Source: Coleofasciculus sp. B1-GNL1-01
GTDB taxonomy: Bacteria; Cyanobacteriota; Cyanobacteriia; Cyanobacteriales; Coleofasciculaceae
Length of the DNA stretch: 32,678 nucleotides
Reading direction: 5' to 3' (one strand)
Assembly (NCBI GenBank): GCA_040220235.1
Contig: JAVJTO010000038.1
The notes under the pieces: generated by a model
The model's input: the letters and a program-made list of their open reading frames with translations, nothing else
Told to the model about the DNA's origin: nothing
Databases searched by the model: none
Shown: positions 1-9,972 of the stretch, piece after piece
Position numbering within the stretch: position 1 is the stretch's first letter
Layout: each line of letters begins with the position of its first letter
Program-made: the position numbers and the translations under genes

Positions 1-198
1 AAAGCCTCCTAAGCTTTAGTCTGTAACCTTCTAAATCCGGTATTTCTGAGCTTTTCTTCGAGCTGAGCTAGAGGAGCTATTGTCTCTTGTTTTATTTGCG
101 TAAATAATACGCATAATATGTTATTTTTGTCCAAAGTCCAACCACCCTACAGGTTAAGGTTTATCTGGGTCTATAGGACACAACTAAGTCAAACAAGC

Positions 199-1191
199 GT
201 GAAAGAAATTAATTTATACAACCAAGAAAACAGTGATAGACTTGATCGCTATCTTGCCCAACAATTACCAGATTTGTCGCGATCTCGTATCCAAAAATTG
301 ATTGAACAGGGCAATGTGCAGCTTAACCATAACCTCTGCACCTCCAAAAAAGCCACCATTCAACCCGGAGACTCTATCCACCTAACTATCCCCGACGCCA
401 AACCCTTAGACCTAAAACCGGAAGCGATTCCCCTGGATATCCTCTATGAAGATGACCAAATTCTGATTGTCAACAAACCCGCCAACTTAGTCGTGCATCC
501 CGCCCCTGGACACGAAAACGGCACACTTGTCAATGCTCTACTTGCCCATTGCCCCAACCTAGCCGGGATTGGTGGTGTTCAACGTCCCGGTATCGTCCAC
601 CGTCTAGACAAAGATACCACGGGTGCGATCGCGATCGCCAAAACAGACCACGCCCACCATCACCTACAAGCCCAACTCAAAGCCAAAACCGCCCGTCGAG
701 ACTATCTTGGCGTCGTCTATGGTTCTCCCGCCACCGAGACAGGTACAATTAACTTACCCATCGGACGCCATCCAAGCGATCGCAAAAAAATGGCAGTTGT
801 TCCTGTGGAAAAAGGCGGACGTCCTGCAATTACTCATTGGCAGATTAAAGAACGCCTCGGTAACTATACCCTAATCCACTTCCAACTAGAAACCGGACGC
901 ACCCATCAAATTCGCGTCCACACCGCCCATATCGGACATCCCATTGTCGGTGATCCCGTGTATAGTAAAGGTCGAGATATCGGCGTCAATCTCCCTGGAC
1001 AAGCCCTTCATGCATGGCGACTACGATTACAGCATCCCAATACAATTGCCCGTCCCCTCTCTCCTAACCAAGGAGACCAGAGGACGGACAATAAATCTGG
1101 GGACTGGATTGAGGTTATTGCCCCACTCCCCCCAGCCTTTAGCACACTCCTAACCGTACTGCGGCGGCGTGCTTCATCCGTTAGTACCTAA
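199..1191 (+). CDS. rluD: RluA/RluD-family 23S rRNA pseudouridine synthase
   Basis: S4-like N-terminus (RLDRYLAQQLPDLSRSRIQKLI), NKPANLVVHP, catalytic HRLDKDTTG, GRTHQIRVH, GDPVY and QALHA motifs. GTG at 199 is a more likely start than ATG 118. Confidence 0.92.
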   Translation: MKEINLYNQENSDRLDRYLAQQLPDLSRSRIQKLIEQGNVQLNHNLCTSKKATIQPGDSIHLTIPDAKPLDLKPEAIPLDILYEDDQILIVNKPANLVVHPAPGHENGTLVNALLAHCPNLAGIGGVQRPGIVHRLDKDTTGAIAIAKTDHAHHHLQAQLKAKTARRDYLGVVYGSPATETGTINLPIGRHPSDRKKMAVVPVEKGGRPAITHWQIKERLGNYTLIHFQLETGRTHQIRVHTAHIGHPIVGDPVYSKGRDIGVNLPGQALHAWRLRLQHPNTIARPLSPNQGDQRTDNKSGDWIEVIAPLPPAFSTLLTVLRRRASSVST

Positions 1192-1194
1192 CCC

Positions 1195-1944
1195 TTACTT
1201 ACGTGGTACACGGGACATGTAATCGATATTCTGGGCAGATACGCGGGGAAGCGGATTGGGTCGGGCATTAACTCCCCGTGCCATATCCAGAAAGTTTGTG
1301 GGATCACCCGCTTTAGGCTGCTTGTCTTGCGGGACAAAACGGCGTACCTCGTTCTGCCAAACAATTTGGGGGAAGCCCAGTTTGGCGCGGTAGTAACCGT
1401 CGTAGCGGGGTGATTTAATGTTAAAGGGTCTTTCACCTTGACGACGACCCGGCAATACACGACGCCGTTGATAGGGAACGGTATCATAGCCGAAGTTGGT
1501 CAGGTACTCTTCGCTGTTGAGTAGTTGATCAACGAAGCCCTTGATCCCCTTCGTCGCCACGACAATAGACCAAGCAATTTTTTCGCGTTCGTTGTAAACA
1601 TCGCGCCCCAATACCCGTTGCACGCATTGTTCAACAAAGCGATAGTTGCTGTTTTTCTCGTAGAAACTGTTGTAGAAGGTTTTCGACAGCAGCAATCCAC
1701 GAATAAAATCCCGCACTGTCAGTTGACCATTGCGGAGTTGGGATTCCAAGAACGGTTCCCGATCCCAAGCAAAGGCATAGAAGAAGATCTGACGGTATGC
1801 CGCTTCGATCAATTCATCCAGGTCTGTGCCGAACAGGATGTTCTCAGTTGTATAAATCCTCGGTTGCTCATCTCCCGGTACTTCATAACCAGCGACACGC
1901 TGATTCTGACTTACCGGAGTGTAGCCTAATAAAGGTAGCGCCAC
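1195..1944 (-). CDS. cpcG: Phycobilisome rod-core linker CpcG
   Basis: [22 protein letters not shown] start and PBS linker domain ([22 protein letters not shown]). The C-terminus is hydrophilic, so CpcG rather than CpcL. Confidence 0.93.
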   Translation of the reverse strand: MALPLLGYTPVSQNQRVAGYEVPGDEQPRIYTTENILFGTDLDELIEAAYRQIFFYAFAWDREPFLESQLRNGQLTVRDFIRGLLLSKTFYNSFYEKNSNYRFVEQCVQRVLGRDVYNEREKIAWSIVVATKGIKGFVDQLLNSEEYLTNFGYDTVPYQRRRVLPGRRQGERPFNIKSPRYDGYYRAKLGFPQIVWQNEVRRFVPQDKQPKAGDPTNFLDMARGVNARPNPLPRVSAQNIDYMSRVPRK

Positions 1945-2025
1945 GTTTAAATCTCCGTAATCTTAGAAAATCTTACAAACCTTAACTTTCAACTATATAA
2001 CAGATTATGTAACCTTCTTACAAAA

Positions 2026-2060
2026 TTAGTCATTGGTCATTAGTCATTGGTCATTGGTCA
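2026..2060. repeat. STRR2-type heptamer tandem repeat TT(G/A)GTCA x5
   Basis: ttagtca ttggtca ttagtca ttggtca ttggtca. Confidence 0.9.
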
Positions 2061-2132
2061 TTCGTCCTTTGCTTCCCCATCTGACACACCGAGCGAAGTC
2101 GAGGTGTCCCCCATCTTCCCGTCACCTTCCTG

Positions 2133-2720
2133 CTAAAAGTAACCCATCCAGAACGCCAAGGGATTTGCCAGGGAACGACAGTGGGGCCAGTTTCGCAAAT
2201 AGTGTTCTAAATCAGGTTGCCAGACTGGAGGTTGTAATCCGAGTCCTAAGCAAAGATGAGACAAAACTTCAAAAAACCGCCGATCATGACCGGGAGATCC
2301 TAAATGAGCATGGGCATATTCATGCACAACGATACCTAACCAATCTGGCGGTGCTGTTCGTCCCACATCAACGAGGATGGTAACTGGATTGAGGAGAATG
2401 TTACAAAAGCCATCAATCCCATACTCCTGGGCTAATGGCGCTGCCCCTATCTGGATCGGACGACGCAATTCTGGATGAAAACAATCATGACAGGCATTGA
2501 GACAAGAATTGAGTTCAGCGTTAACGGTATCAATGTTGTAGCCAATCCAGGTACAGATGCGATCGCGTACCCGAGGATTATCACTGATATCCACCATACG
2601 TGGCTCTAGTGCTAGCTGACGTACAGCCTCTAGATACTCATAGCCACGTACCAACGGTTCGTTAATGCTTTGGGATTTCTCCACCCAATACGGACTCAAT
2701 TTGTCTTGCTGCTCAAACAT
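2133..2720 (-). CDS. Hypothetical protein with HEXXH zincin motif (SprT-like)
   Basis: VVHEYAHAHLGSPGHDRRF is HEXXH plus a downstream H-x-x-x-F, as in SprT-like metalloproteases. Confidence 0.7.
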   Translation of the reverse strand: MFEQQDKLSPYWVEKSQSINEPLVRGYEYLEAVRQLALEPRMVDISDNPRVRDRICTWIGYNIDTVNAELNSCLNACHDCFHPELRRPIQIGAAPLAQEYGIDGFCNILLNPVTILVDVGRTAPPDWLGIVVHEYAHAHLGSPGHDRRFFEVLSHLCLGLGLQPPVWQPDLEHYLRNWPHCRSLANPLAFWMGYF

Positions 2721-3034
2721 TTCATAAATTCTAACGGCTTACGGGGTAACAAGCAAGCTGAAACCAAGCCTCATCAGGCTTACCTCCATGGAGACAGTTT
2801 GACAAGTTTCCCAAGAATGATAGATAAGTCTGATGGAAATCATAAGCATTAGTTGCTAAAAAAAAACTGCCAAAAAAGATACAAAAACTCAAAAGATATC
2901 TTTACATTTATTCACGATTTGTTAATATTGTTTGTAGTAAATAGATTTTCTGCCTGCCTCCAGAGAGTCCAAAACGGCTCATGGCAAGTACCGACGTAGT
3001 ATTCTTCGATAATTACCTAAACAGGAGATCCTGA

Positions 3035-3994
3035 ATGCCTTTTACCATTGATTCAGCTCGTAGTATCTTTCCAGAAACCCTAACGGCTGATGCTGTACCA
3101 GCCACGATTGCCCGTTTCAGTCAACTCAGCGCTGAAGATCAATTGGCATTGATCTGGTTTGCTTACCTGGAAATGGGCAAAACCATTACCATTGCTGCGC
3201 CAGGAGCTGCCAGTATGGTGTTGGCAGAAGCAACCTTGAATCAAATCAAGCAAATGTCCTTCCAGGAACAAACCCAAGTCATGTGTGACTTGGCAAACCG
3301 TGCCGATAAGCCGATTAGCCGCACTTATGCCAGTTGGACACCCAATATCAAGCTGGGCTTTTGGTATCAGCTCGGACAATGGATGGAACAGGGAACAGTC
3401 GCGCCCATTCCAGAAGGCTATCGCTTATCCGCCAACGCATCTGCCGTGCTACAAGCCATTCGCAACCTCGATCCGGGACAGCAAATTACGGTGCTGCGGA
3501 ATGCGGTTGTGGATATGGGGTTTGATCCGAGTAAACTGGATAGCTACAACAAGGTGACTGAGCCGATTGTTCCGCCTAAGGACATGTCTCAACGGACGTC
3601 GGTGACGATTGAAGGGGTTAGCAACCAGACGGTGTTAAGCTACATGAATTACATGAATGCTAATGACTTCGACGCCCTGATCAAACTGTTCACTGAGGAT
3701 GGAGCGCTGCAACCTCCGTTCCAACGACCGATCATTGGTAAAGATGCTGTCTACCGCTTTTTCCGGGAAGAATGCCAAAATCTGAAACTGTTGCCAGAAC
3801 GAGGTGTTTCTGAACCGGCAGAAGAGGGGTATACTCAGATCAAAGTCACAGGGAAAGTGCAAACGCCTTGGTTCGGTGCTGGAGTAGGAATGAATATGGC
3901 GTGGCGATTCTTGATCAATCCTGAGAACAAAATCTACTTTGTGGCAATTGATTTATTAGCCTCGCCGAAAGAGTTACTCAACTTGGCTCGCTAA
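3035..3994 (+). CDS. ocp: Orange carotenoid protein (OCP1-like)
   Basis: 319 aa; MPFTIDSARSIFP, KLGFWYQLG, NTF2-like C-domain with KVQTPWFG and DLLASPKELLNL; AGGAG RBS; followed by frp. Confidence 0.97.
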   Translation: MPFTIDSARSIFPETLTADAVPATIARFSQLSAEDQLALIWFAYLEMGKTITIAAPGAASMVLAEATLNQIKQMSFQEQTQVMCDLANRADKPISRTYASWTPNIKLGFWYQLGQWMEQGTVAPIPEGYRLSANASAVLQAIRNLDPGQQITVLRNAVVDMGFDPSKLDSYNKVTEPIVPPKDMSQRTSVTIEGVSNQTVLSYMNYMNANDFDALIKLFTEDGALQPPFQRPIIGKDAVYRFFREECQNLKLLPERGVSEPAEEGYTQIKVTGKVQTPWFGAGVGMNMAWRFLINPENKIYFVAIDLLASPKELLNLAR

Positions 3995-4041
3995 AGCCAT
4001 CCTGAGTAGGAGTAAAATGTAACATGTTGTAAATGATCGAG

Positions 4042-4077
4042 TGAACACTCCCTACTCCTCCGGGTTGGGAGTGTTCA
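4042..4077 (+). terminator. Stem-loop between ocp and frp (terminator or processing/stabilising hairpin)
   Basis: 11 bp perfect inverted repeat TGAACACTCCC (4042-4052) / GGGAGTGTTCA (4067-4077); no clear U-tract. Confidence 0.5.
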
Positions 4078-4089
4078 GTGTACTGAATA

Positions 4090-4416
4090 ATGCAAGTAAA
4101 CGAAACTATTTGGTCTGAAGTGGAGCAGCAAATTGCCAAAGATGCTTTTGAGAAAGCCTATCAACGAGAAACGAATGCTTTGATTACACAGGTGCGGGAA
4201 TACGCCAGTGGAATTACTGAACTTGATGCGGTTTGGCGTCTGCACGATTTTTTGAGTGCAAGGCGATACGATATTGATGGCAAGTACGACTATGACTATT
4301 CTGCTCTCTTGTTTCTTTTCGCTCGGTTAGTCAAAGAAGAGTGGCTAAAGCTGGAAGATTTGAGCGGTTTAGATCAGAGTAAACTGGCTAAAATAACTGC
4401 CTTAGCTCGGATGTAA
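4090..4416 (+). CDS. frp: Fluorescence recovery protein
   Basis: 108 aa; WSEVEQQIAKDAFEKAYQRE, WRLHDFLSARR, DGKYDY; directly after ocp. Confidence 0.95.
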   Translation: MQVNETIWSEVEQQIAKDAFEKAYQRETNALITQVREYASGITELDAVWRLHDFLSARRYDIDGKYDYDYSALLFLFARLVKEEWLKLEDLSGLDQSKLAKITALARM

Positions 4417-4822
4417 CGTTATTTGGTTGGGCTGAACCTTGTTATTTGTCATTTGTCATTTGTTCCCTATTCCCTGTTCCTGATTAAAAGAATTAACACA
4501 GGGATTCAATTGTTTCCTACACCCCACACCCTAACGATATCTCAAGTAGCTACCCGCCCCTTCAGGCTTGACAGTTTAGCGTGACGCGATCGCATTTAGC
4601 ATTTCCACAACCTGATCACCTCAGCTATTGTGCTGATTGAGAATCCGCGATTCTACCCTGTCCGATACCGCACCCGTTCGGTTAGCCTCGAAGAGACAAT
4701 CACCAGGATAAATAAAAATTTGCTAGCTATAGCGATAGACAACGAATAGGGGAATGATTAAAATCGAATCTAAGGACGATTCGTTCCTGTTCCCTGATCA
4801 CCGCGAGGGAGTTACGATCTGC

Positions 4823-7800
4823 ATGAATAAAAACGGGTTAATTCTGGGTGCGCTTAGCTTTGGGGTGGGTTTTGGGCTGAGTTTTTCAGTCGAAAGAGAT
4901 ATCAAACGCGCCGCGTTAACGGGACTGATTACACTCCCAGCTACGGCTACGGGAGTTGCTGTTGTTGAATATCGACGTAAGCGACAGGTTTGTGATACTT
5001 TATCTGGGCTGCAAGCACAAGTTGCGGAACTTGAACAACGCGAACACCAGCTTAATCAATCTTTATCTCAGCTACAGAATCAAACTCAAACCCTTGATCA
5101 GTCTATCGCTACTGCAACCACAGAAAAACAACAGGTAGACGCCAGTCTCAATACTGGGCAAACTGAATTAGAGCAGCTACAAACCCAAGTGGCAACTCAG
5201 CAACGCCACAAACAAGAGTTAGAGCGAGCGATCGCAAGTCTGACACGTCAAAAACAGGAACTCGAACAAGACTCGGCGCAACTTCACACCCAACTCCAAG
5301 CGCGACAGGATCAAGAAACGACACTGAATTATTCCCTCAGCGCAATTGCGGCTGAAAAACAGCGTGTAGAAGCGAATATCGCCTCTCTAAATGATGAATT
5401 TAATCAATTGCAAACTCAGGTGGCTGAGGAAGCCAAACGACAGGCAGATATTGAGCAAGAACGGCGGGAATTGGAGCAACAGCAGCATCAATTAACGTCA
5501 ACGTTAGCTCAACTCCAAGACCAAATCGCCGCCCAAGAGATTCAACTCCAAGAACAGGCGGAGTTGACAGCTCAAAACCAACACCTTGAGCAAGAAAGAC
5601 AACGCCTGCATCATCAAATTGGCAAGCTTCAACACCAGGAAACCGATTTAAATCAATCCCTGGCGAGAATTGCTGCTCAAGAACAACAAGCCCAAGAAAA
5701 TCTCAATTTATACCAGATACAACTCAATCAACTCCAAGACCAAATTGCGGCACAAGAAACTCAAACGTCACAACTGAGTCAAGAGTTGGCAGATCTGGAA
5801 CAGCAGAGACATCAGTTAGAAATCTACATCTCGAATTTAGAGAGCCAAATTGATACGTTAGAGCAGGAACGAACTCAGCTCAATCAGTCTTTGACAACCG
5901 TTATTGATCAGCAACAGGATGCAGAAAATAGCCTGAATGCCTTACAAACGGAAATCTCTAGTCAACAGCAGATTAAAGCGCAACTGACTCAAGAATTAGC
6001 AGCACTGGCGTCACAAAAAGAGCAGTTAACCGAACAACGGCGACAACTTGAGATTCCCCCGCAGCCAAATCCAGACAAACCTATCTCTGTTGATATCCCT
6101 AAAAAAGCACAAAAATCAACCGCGTCACCCTCTATATCAAGCCGAACATCCCAGGGGCAAATAACGGATATTGACGTTGATTTCATGAATGCTAAATACA
6201 CAAAACACCTCTGGGAAGAGCAAATATTACCGCATTGGTCTCATCGCGATCGCCCGACTGGACAGAGATTTATGGGTAGCATTCGCATCGAACGCACGGC
6301 TAGCGATCAATTGCTCGATATCGTGGGTCAAAACTTGCGGCAACTTGACCGAGTAACTTACAATTCGCTGCATGACGAATTTTACGAGTTGGAGCAAAAT
6401 TGGCTCAAAGTTCTCACCTTTGCTCTCTCCGAATATGCCTATTACTATTCCAGCGAACGGTTTTGGCAAGGCTTCTGTGAGCGGTTAGAAATTCATCACA
6501 ATCAAGGGGTAGAAAATACCCTGCGTCAAGTTGTCGATGAAGGGATTAATTTACTCGGTTTAGTCCGGGCGACTGGCGGATACAAATATGTTTCCACCTT
6601 ATGGTTACAAAGTGGCGTTCCTGAACAAAACTTGGGTCACTTTGCCCAACTGGTTCAGGAAATTGCTGACGATTATGGTTGGTGGGAACTGGCTCACACC
6701 CCAGCGGCAGATCTGTCCCCAGCGCTACTCAATTTTTGCCAGGAAAACCATCCGCAATGGGGTACATTGATCAACTTCCTCAACGCTAGCTATTCTGAGA
6801 ATGGAGAGACTGAACCTATCTCCGGACAACTCCTTCAAGGTATCGCAATTGTTGCCCAAGAACTAGAACGTCAAGGTGTTTCTCCCTCGGCTTTGCAGAA
6901 TGAACATCAGCGAGAAGATCTGTTAGGGAGTTATTACTTACCCCATAATTTCTTCCTGCGAAATTGGAACGCTCTGATTCAAGTCTTAACCCCAAAAACG
7001 GGTTCGGGTCAGAGTCGAAGTTTGGTACGTCGGCGTAGTCAGCCCCTAGTTCTTAGTTTAGATGTTATTGATACGGGAAACACGCAACTGATACTCCCGG
7101 AGCAAACCTTATGGAAACCAGAATGGCGAGATCTGCGGGACACTTACTGTCAAATTCCGGAAGCGAATTGGGAGGACACGATTCCCAGAGTTGGAGATTT
7201 AGAGATTCCCGAACTGGCAATTGATGTCAATCAAGCATCGGAAGATTGGAGTTGTCAACTATTAGACCACAATCGAAAATCCTTGCTCAAATGGCATTAT
7301 GCTGGGATTACCCGTGACTTCCCCTGTCTGGTATTTGATGCCGTGACAGGCGATCATCTGCCGTTAAATCTGCCTAATCCGACGATTATTGGTGTCGAAG
7401 AGATTATCTGCTTCACTCCAAAAGAGTTATCACTCCAATTTGCCCATGGAATTGAGGTTTTAGATAGCTGTATTCCCTCGAGTATTCGTGGCTGGCGAGG
7501 TCAACAAATTGCGCTAACCGCCCCGGAATCGTCTATTGTATTAACGGTAGCGGAAACGGAGCAATCCCAACTGATTCGCTGGAGGTTAGCGAAAGCGGAA
7601 AAGCCCGTCTTGCGAGGGCTAAAGTTGAAAGGGAAAAAGGCGATTTATATAGAAGTACCTACGTTTTGGTATCCTCCTCTGGAGCAACCCCTAACTCTCA
7701 ATGTGCTAATCGAAAATATTACAGAGAAATTTATTATTGCGCGAACCATTGAAACTCTGTATCCTAATAATCGCTGGGTGGCTATTCCTCTAAACCAGTG

Positions 7801-9061
7801 GATTACTGAACCAGGTAGCTACGAAGCTAGTTTCTGGTTTGAGACTCAACGCTGGTTCTATCGGTTTGAGGTGCAATCGAATTATCAGGTAGATCAGGTT
7901 CCTGAGTTGAATAAACTCAAGATTCGCAGTCGTTCTGGGTTGACTGAAACGGATTTGCCGATTAAGCATGATGCACCAGAAAAGTTTTGGGCGGAAACAA
8001 TTACAATTGAGGGGTTATGGACGTTAGAGGAGGTTGTTTTATTTCTGTCTAATCGAGAGGATAAAATTCCCTATCATTTACAAGCCGATGCGTCAGGCTC
8101 TTTAACCATTGATTTGCCCACTTTACATGAATTACTCCCCGAATCGAACTGGTATGCGCTGGACTATCAACGATTGGGGTTAGAACCGCAGCGATTGCTG
8201 GAAATGGATAGCTCCCAGCAAGAGGTGAGTTGGACGTGGGGGAATCAAGGGATTCAACTTTCGGGATTGCGCTCAGGGGATTTGTATACCTTGTCGTGTT
8301 GGAATTTACTCTTACCTGACACAAAGCCGAGAGAAATTAAAATTCCTTTAGGAACCGAACCGACAGGAATAATTAAAGTTCCGTTAGAACTACCAACAGG
8401 AATTTATTATATTCAGCTTTTGAGTTCTCAGCAGTTACCCCAGACTCTGGGATGGTGGTGTGGAAGCAATCAATACGATCTACCGGAAGACACGAATGAG
8501 AATGAGGCGATGGAAAATTACTGCTATACGATTCTGGATCAGGAACCGACGCCAAACTTTATCGAGGCGGTCAAAAAACTGAATCCAGATTTCGATATCC
8601 AGCAGATACAAGCCGGAATTGCTAGCTTAGAAGAACACCGCTATAATTTCCCTGAATGGTTAAATCCCGATGCCTTAGTTAGCAAGCTTAAAGGACTGTT
8701 AAACGTTTTGGAATTACCACCAGTACAACCTATCCAGCCGCCCGACTCACCGCCGCCTGTAGAACCGAAGCCGTCAGCACCGCCGCCTGTTAGCGGAACG
8801 TGGTACTTGGTTAATGTTCGCCACAAGAAACGTGATTTATTTTTGAGATGTCTGAATGCGGTGATTGAACAAAATAAACTGCAAGACCTGATTTTAGCCG
8901 TGGAAACCCCTGATGATTCCGTGTACGAAGATATCGTTTTACTAAATTTGGCTAATTTCAAAGCAGTACGAACCCCTATTCAAAGCATTGAATCCTGTCA
9001 GCGAATCGAACCGAAACCCTTACCCTCCGCCCATGTCAATCGTATGTTGGGAGCCAGATAA
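4823..9061 (+). CDS. Large defence-associated protein: two N-terminal hydrophobic segments, long coiled coil, unknown central domains, Pro-rich linker, C-terminal NusG-NGN-like domain
   Basis: ORF 4754-9061; ATG 4823 follows GAGGGAG. Hydrophobic LILGALSFGVGFGLSF and AALTGLITLPATATGVAVV, ~350 aa of Q/E/L heptads, SEYAYYYSSERFWQGF...KYVSTLWLQSGVP block, PPVQPIQPPDSPPPVEPKPSAPPP linker. Stop overlaps the next start (TAATG). Confidence 0.8.
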   Translation: MNKNGLILGALSFGVGFGLSFSVERDIKRAALTGLITLPATATGVAVVEYRRKRQVCDTLSGLQAQVAELEQREHQLNQSLSQLQNQTQTLDQSIATATTEKQQVDASLNTGQTELEQLQTQVATQQRHKQELERAIASLTRQKQELEQDSAQLHTQLQARQDQETTLNYSLSAIAAEKQRVEANIASLNDEFNQLQTQVAEEAKRQADIEQERRELEQQQHQLTSTLAQLQDQIAAQEIQLQEQAELTAQNQHLEQERQRLHHQIGKLQHQETDLNQSLARIAAQEQQAQENLNLYQIQLNQLQDQIAAQETQTSQLSQELADLEQQRHQLEIYISNLESQIDTLEQERTQLNQSLTTVIDQQQDAENSLNALQTEISSQQQIKAQLTQELAALASQKEQLTEQRRQLEIPPQPNPDKPISVDIPKKAQKSTASPSISSRTSQGQITDIDVDFMNAKYTKHLWEEQILPHWSHRDRPTGQRFMGSIRIERTASDQLLDIVGQNLRQLDRVTYNSLHDEFYELEQNWLKVLTFALSEYAYYYSSERFWQGFCERLEIHHNQGVENTLRQVVDEGINLLGLVRATGGYKYVSTLWLQSGVPEQNLGHFAQLVQEIADDYGWWELAHTPAADLSPALLNFCQENHPQWGTLINFLNASYSENGETEPISGQLLQGIAIVAQELERQGVSPSALQNEHQREDLLGSYYLPHNFFLRNWNALIQVLTPKTGSGQSRSLVRRRSQPLVLSLDVIDTGNTQLILPEQTLWKPEWRDLRDTYCQIPEANWEDTIPRVGDLEIPELAIDVNQASEDWSCQLLDHNRKSLLKWHYAGITRDFPCLVFDAVTGDHLPLNLPNPTIIGVEEIICFTPKELSLQFAHGIEVLDSCIPSSIRGWRGQQIALTAPESSIVLTVAETEQSQLIRWRLAKAEKPVLRGLKLKGKKAIYIEVPTFWYPPLEQPLTLNVLIENITEKFIIARTIETLYPNNRWVAIPLNQWITEPGSYEASFWFETQRWFYRFEVQSNYQVDQVPELNKLKIRSRSGLTETDLPIKHDAPEKFWAETITIEGLWTLEEVVLFLSNREDKIPYHLQADASGSLTIDLPTLHELLPESNWYALDYQRLGLEPQRLLEMDSSQQEVSWTWGNQGIQLSGLRSGDLYTLSCWNLLLPDTKPREIKIPLGTEPTGIIKVPLELPTGIYYIQLLSSQQLPQTLGWWCGSNQYDLPEDTNENEAMENYCYTILDQEPTPNFIEAVKKLNPDFDIQQIQAGIASLEEHRYNFPEWLNPDALVSKLKGLLNVLELPPVQPIQPPDSPPPVEPKPSAPPPVSGTWYLVNVRHKKRDLFLRCLNAVIEQNKLQDLILAVETPDDSVYEDIVLLNLANFKAVRTPIQSIESCQRIEPKPLPSAHVNRMLGAR

Positions 9062-9972
9062 TGGATTTTGATCCGATTACCCGATTGCTGAGTAATCACC
9101 GAAAACCGGGTAATCCAACCATACCGACAACGTTAACCAAACAGCAGCTTGTGTCCCTGTTGCGATCGCGTCTCTCCCCGAACCAGTCGTCAGAGGGGTT
9201 AACCCAGAAGATTCAGGAGGAGTTGAGGGAGTTACAAGCCCAAGGTGAGGTCTTAGCTGGGAGCAGAAATCGTTACAGTATGGCTCCTCCCACGGTCTTA
9301 GCTTTGGCGCGAGATAATGTGAATGGGTTGCTCTTTCGAGGCGATCGCGCTTATCTAGCGTTGGCTCACCAAGCCCTGAAAACCGAGCAACGGGAAGATG
9401 AATTACGCATTCGCCCGAAGGTACATGGCTTTAACCGCATTCGCAACCGCCTACAGCAAGTTGGGATTCGCTTATTAACGGTTGCTGATAGCATTGAACA
9501 ATTACCCTTACCTCGCCCGCCCTCGCCAGCGGTTTTGCGCTCTCCCTGGTTCGTCAACCCCTTTACTGACGGCGGGATGATTTGCCACTATGTCCCTCAA
9601 CCCGACAGGTCTCAGAAAGAGCGTTGGCTACCCGCAAGTTACCAGAAATTGTCCGATCAGACCTTGCTACAGCTTCCCACAGGAGACTATCTCTGGTTTG
9701 CCGATCGCGCTTTCTATGAGTTAGAACCGGATGTAGCTATCTTGGCGATGTTCTACCAAGACAGGGAGGCGGGATGTCCCCTGAAAATTCAATGGGATGA
9801 ACCTCAGGGGAGACTCAATCTGGCTGGCGTGATTCTACCAGGGACTTATGCTCGATGGCTCTGGTGTCTTTCGGAACCGGATACCCAACGGTATAGAACT
9901 CGATCGTTTCAATCAACGAACTACCCCCTGGTCAAGAAAGCCTTTGAACGCTTGGGATGTATTTTGGTATGA
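9061..9972 (+). CDS. Hypothetical protein, middle gene of the helicase operon
   Basis: 303 aa ORF coupled on both sides (TAATG at 9059-9063, ATGA at 9969-9972); possible winged-helix N-terminus (ELRELQAQGEVLAGSRNRY). Confidence 0.75.
   Translation: MDFDPITRLLSNHRKPGNPTIPTTLTKQQLVSLLRSRLSPNQSSEGLTQKIQEELRELQAQGEVLAGSRNRYSMAPPTVLALARDNVNGLLFRGDRAYLALAHQALKTEQREDELRIRPKVHGFNRIRNRLQQVGIRLLTVADSIEQLPLPRPPSPAVLRSPWFVNPFTDGGMICHYVPQPDRSQKERWLPASYQKLSDQTLLQLPTGDYLWFADRAFYELEPDVAILAMFYQDREAGCPLKIQWDEPQGRLNLAGVILPGTYARWLWCLSEPDTQRYRTRSFQSTNYPLVKKAFERLGCILV

Noticed and set aside
2008..2022. NtcA site upstream of cpcG
   Set aside because: The spacing is GTA-N7-TAC, not the canonical N8.
2033..2383. 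116 aa plus-strand ORF
   Set aside because: Starts in a heptamer repeat and is antisense to the HEXXH gene.
4823..6055. SMC/chromosome segregation ATPase annotation
   Set aside because: Only a generic coiled coil; no Walker A/B motif or hinge is visible.
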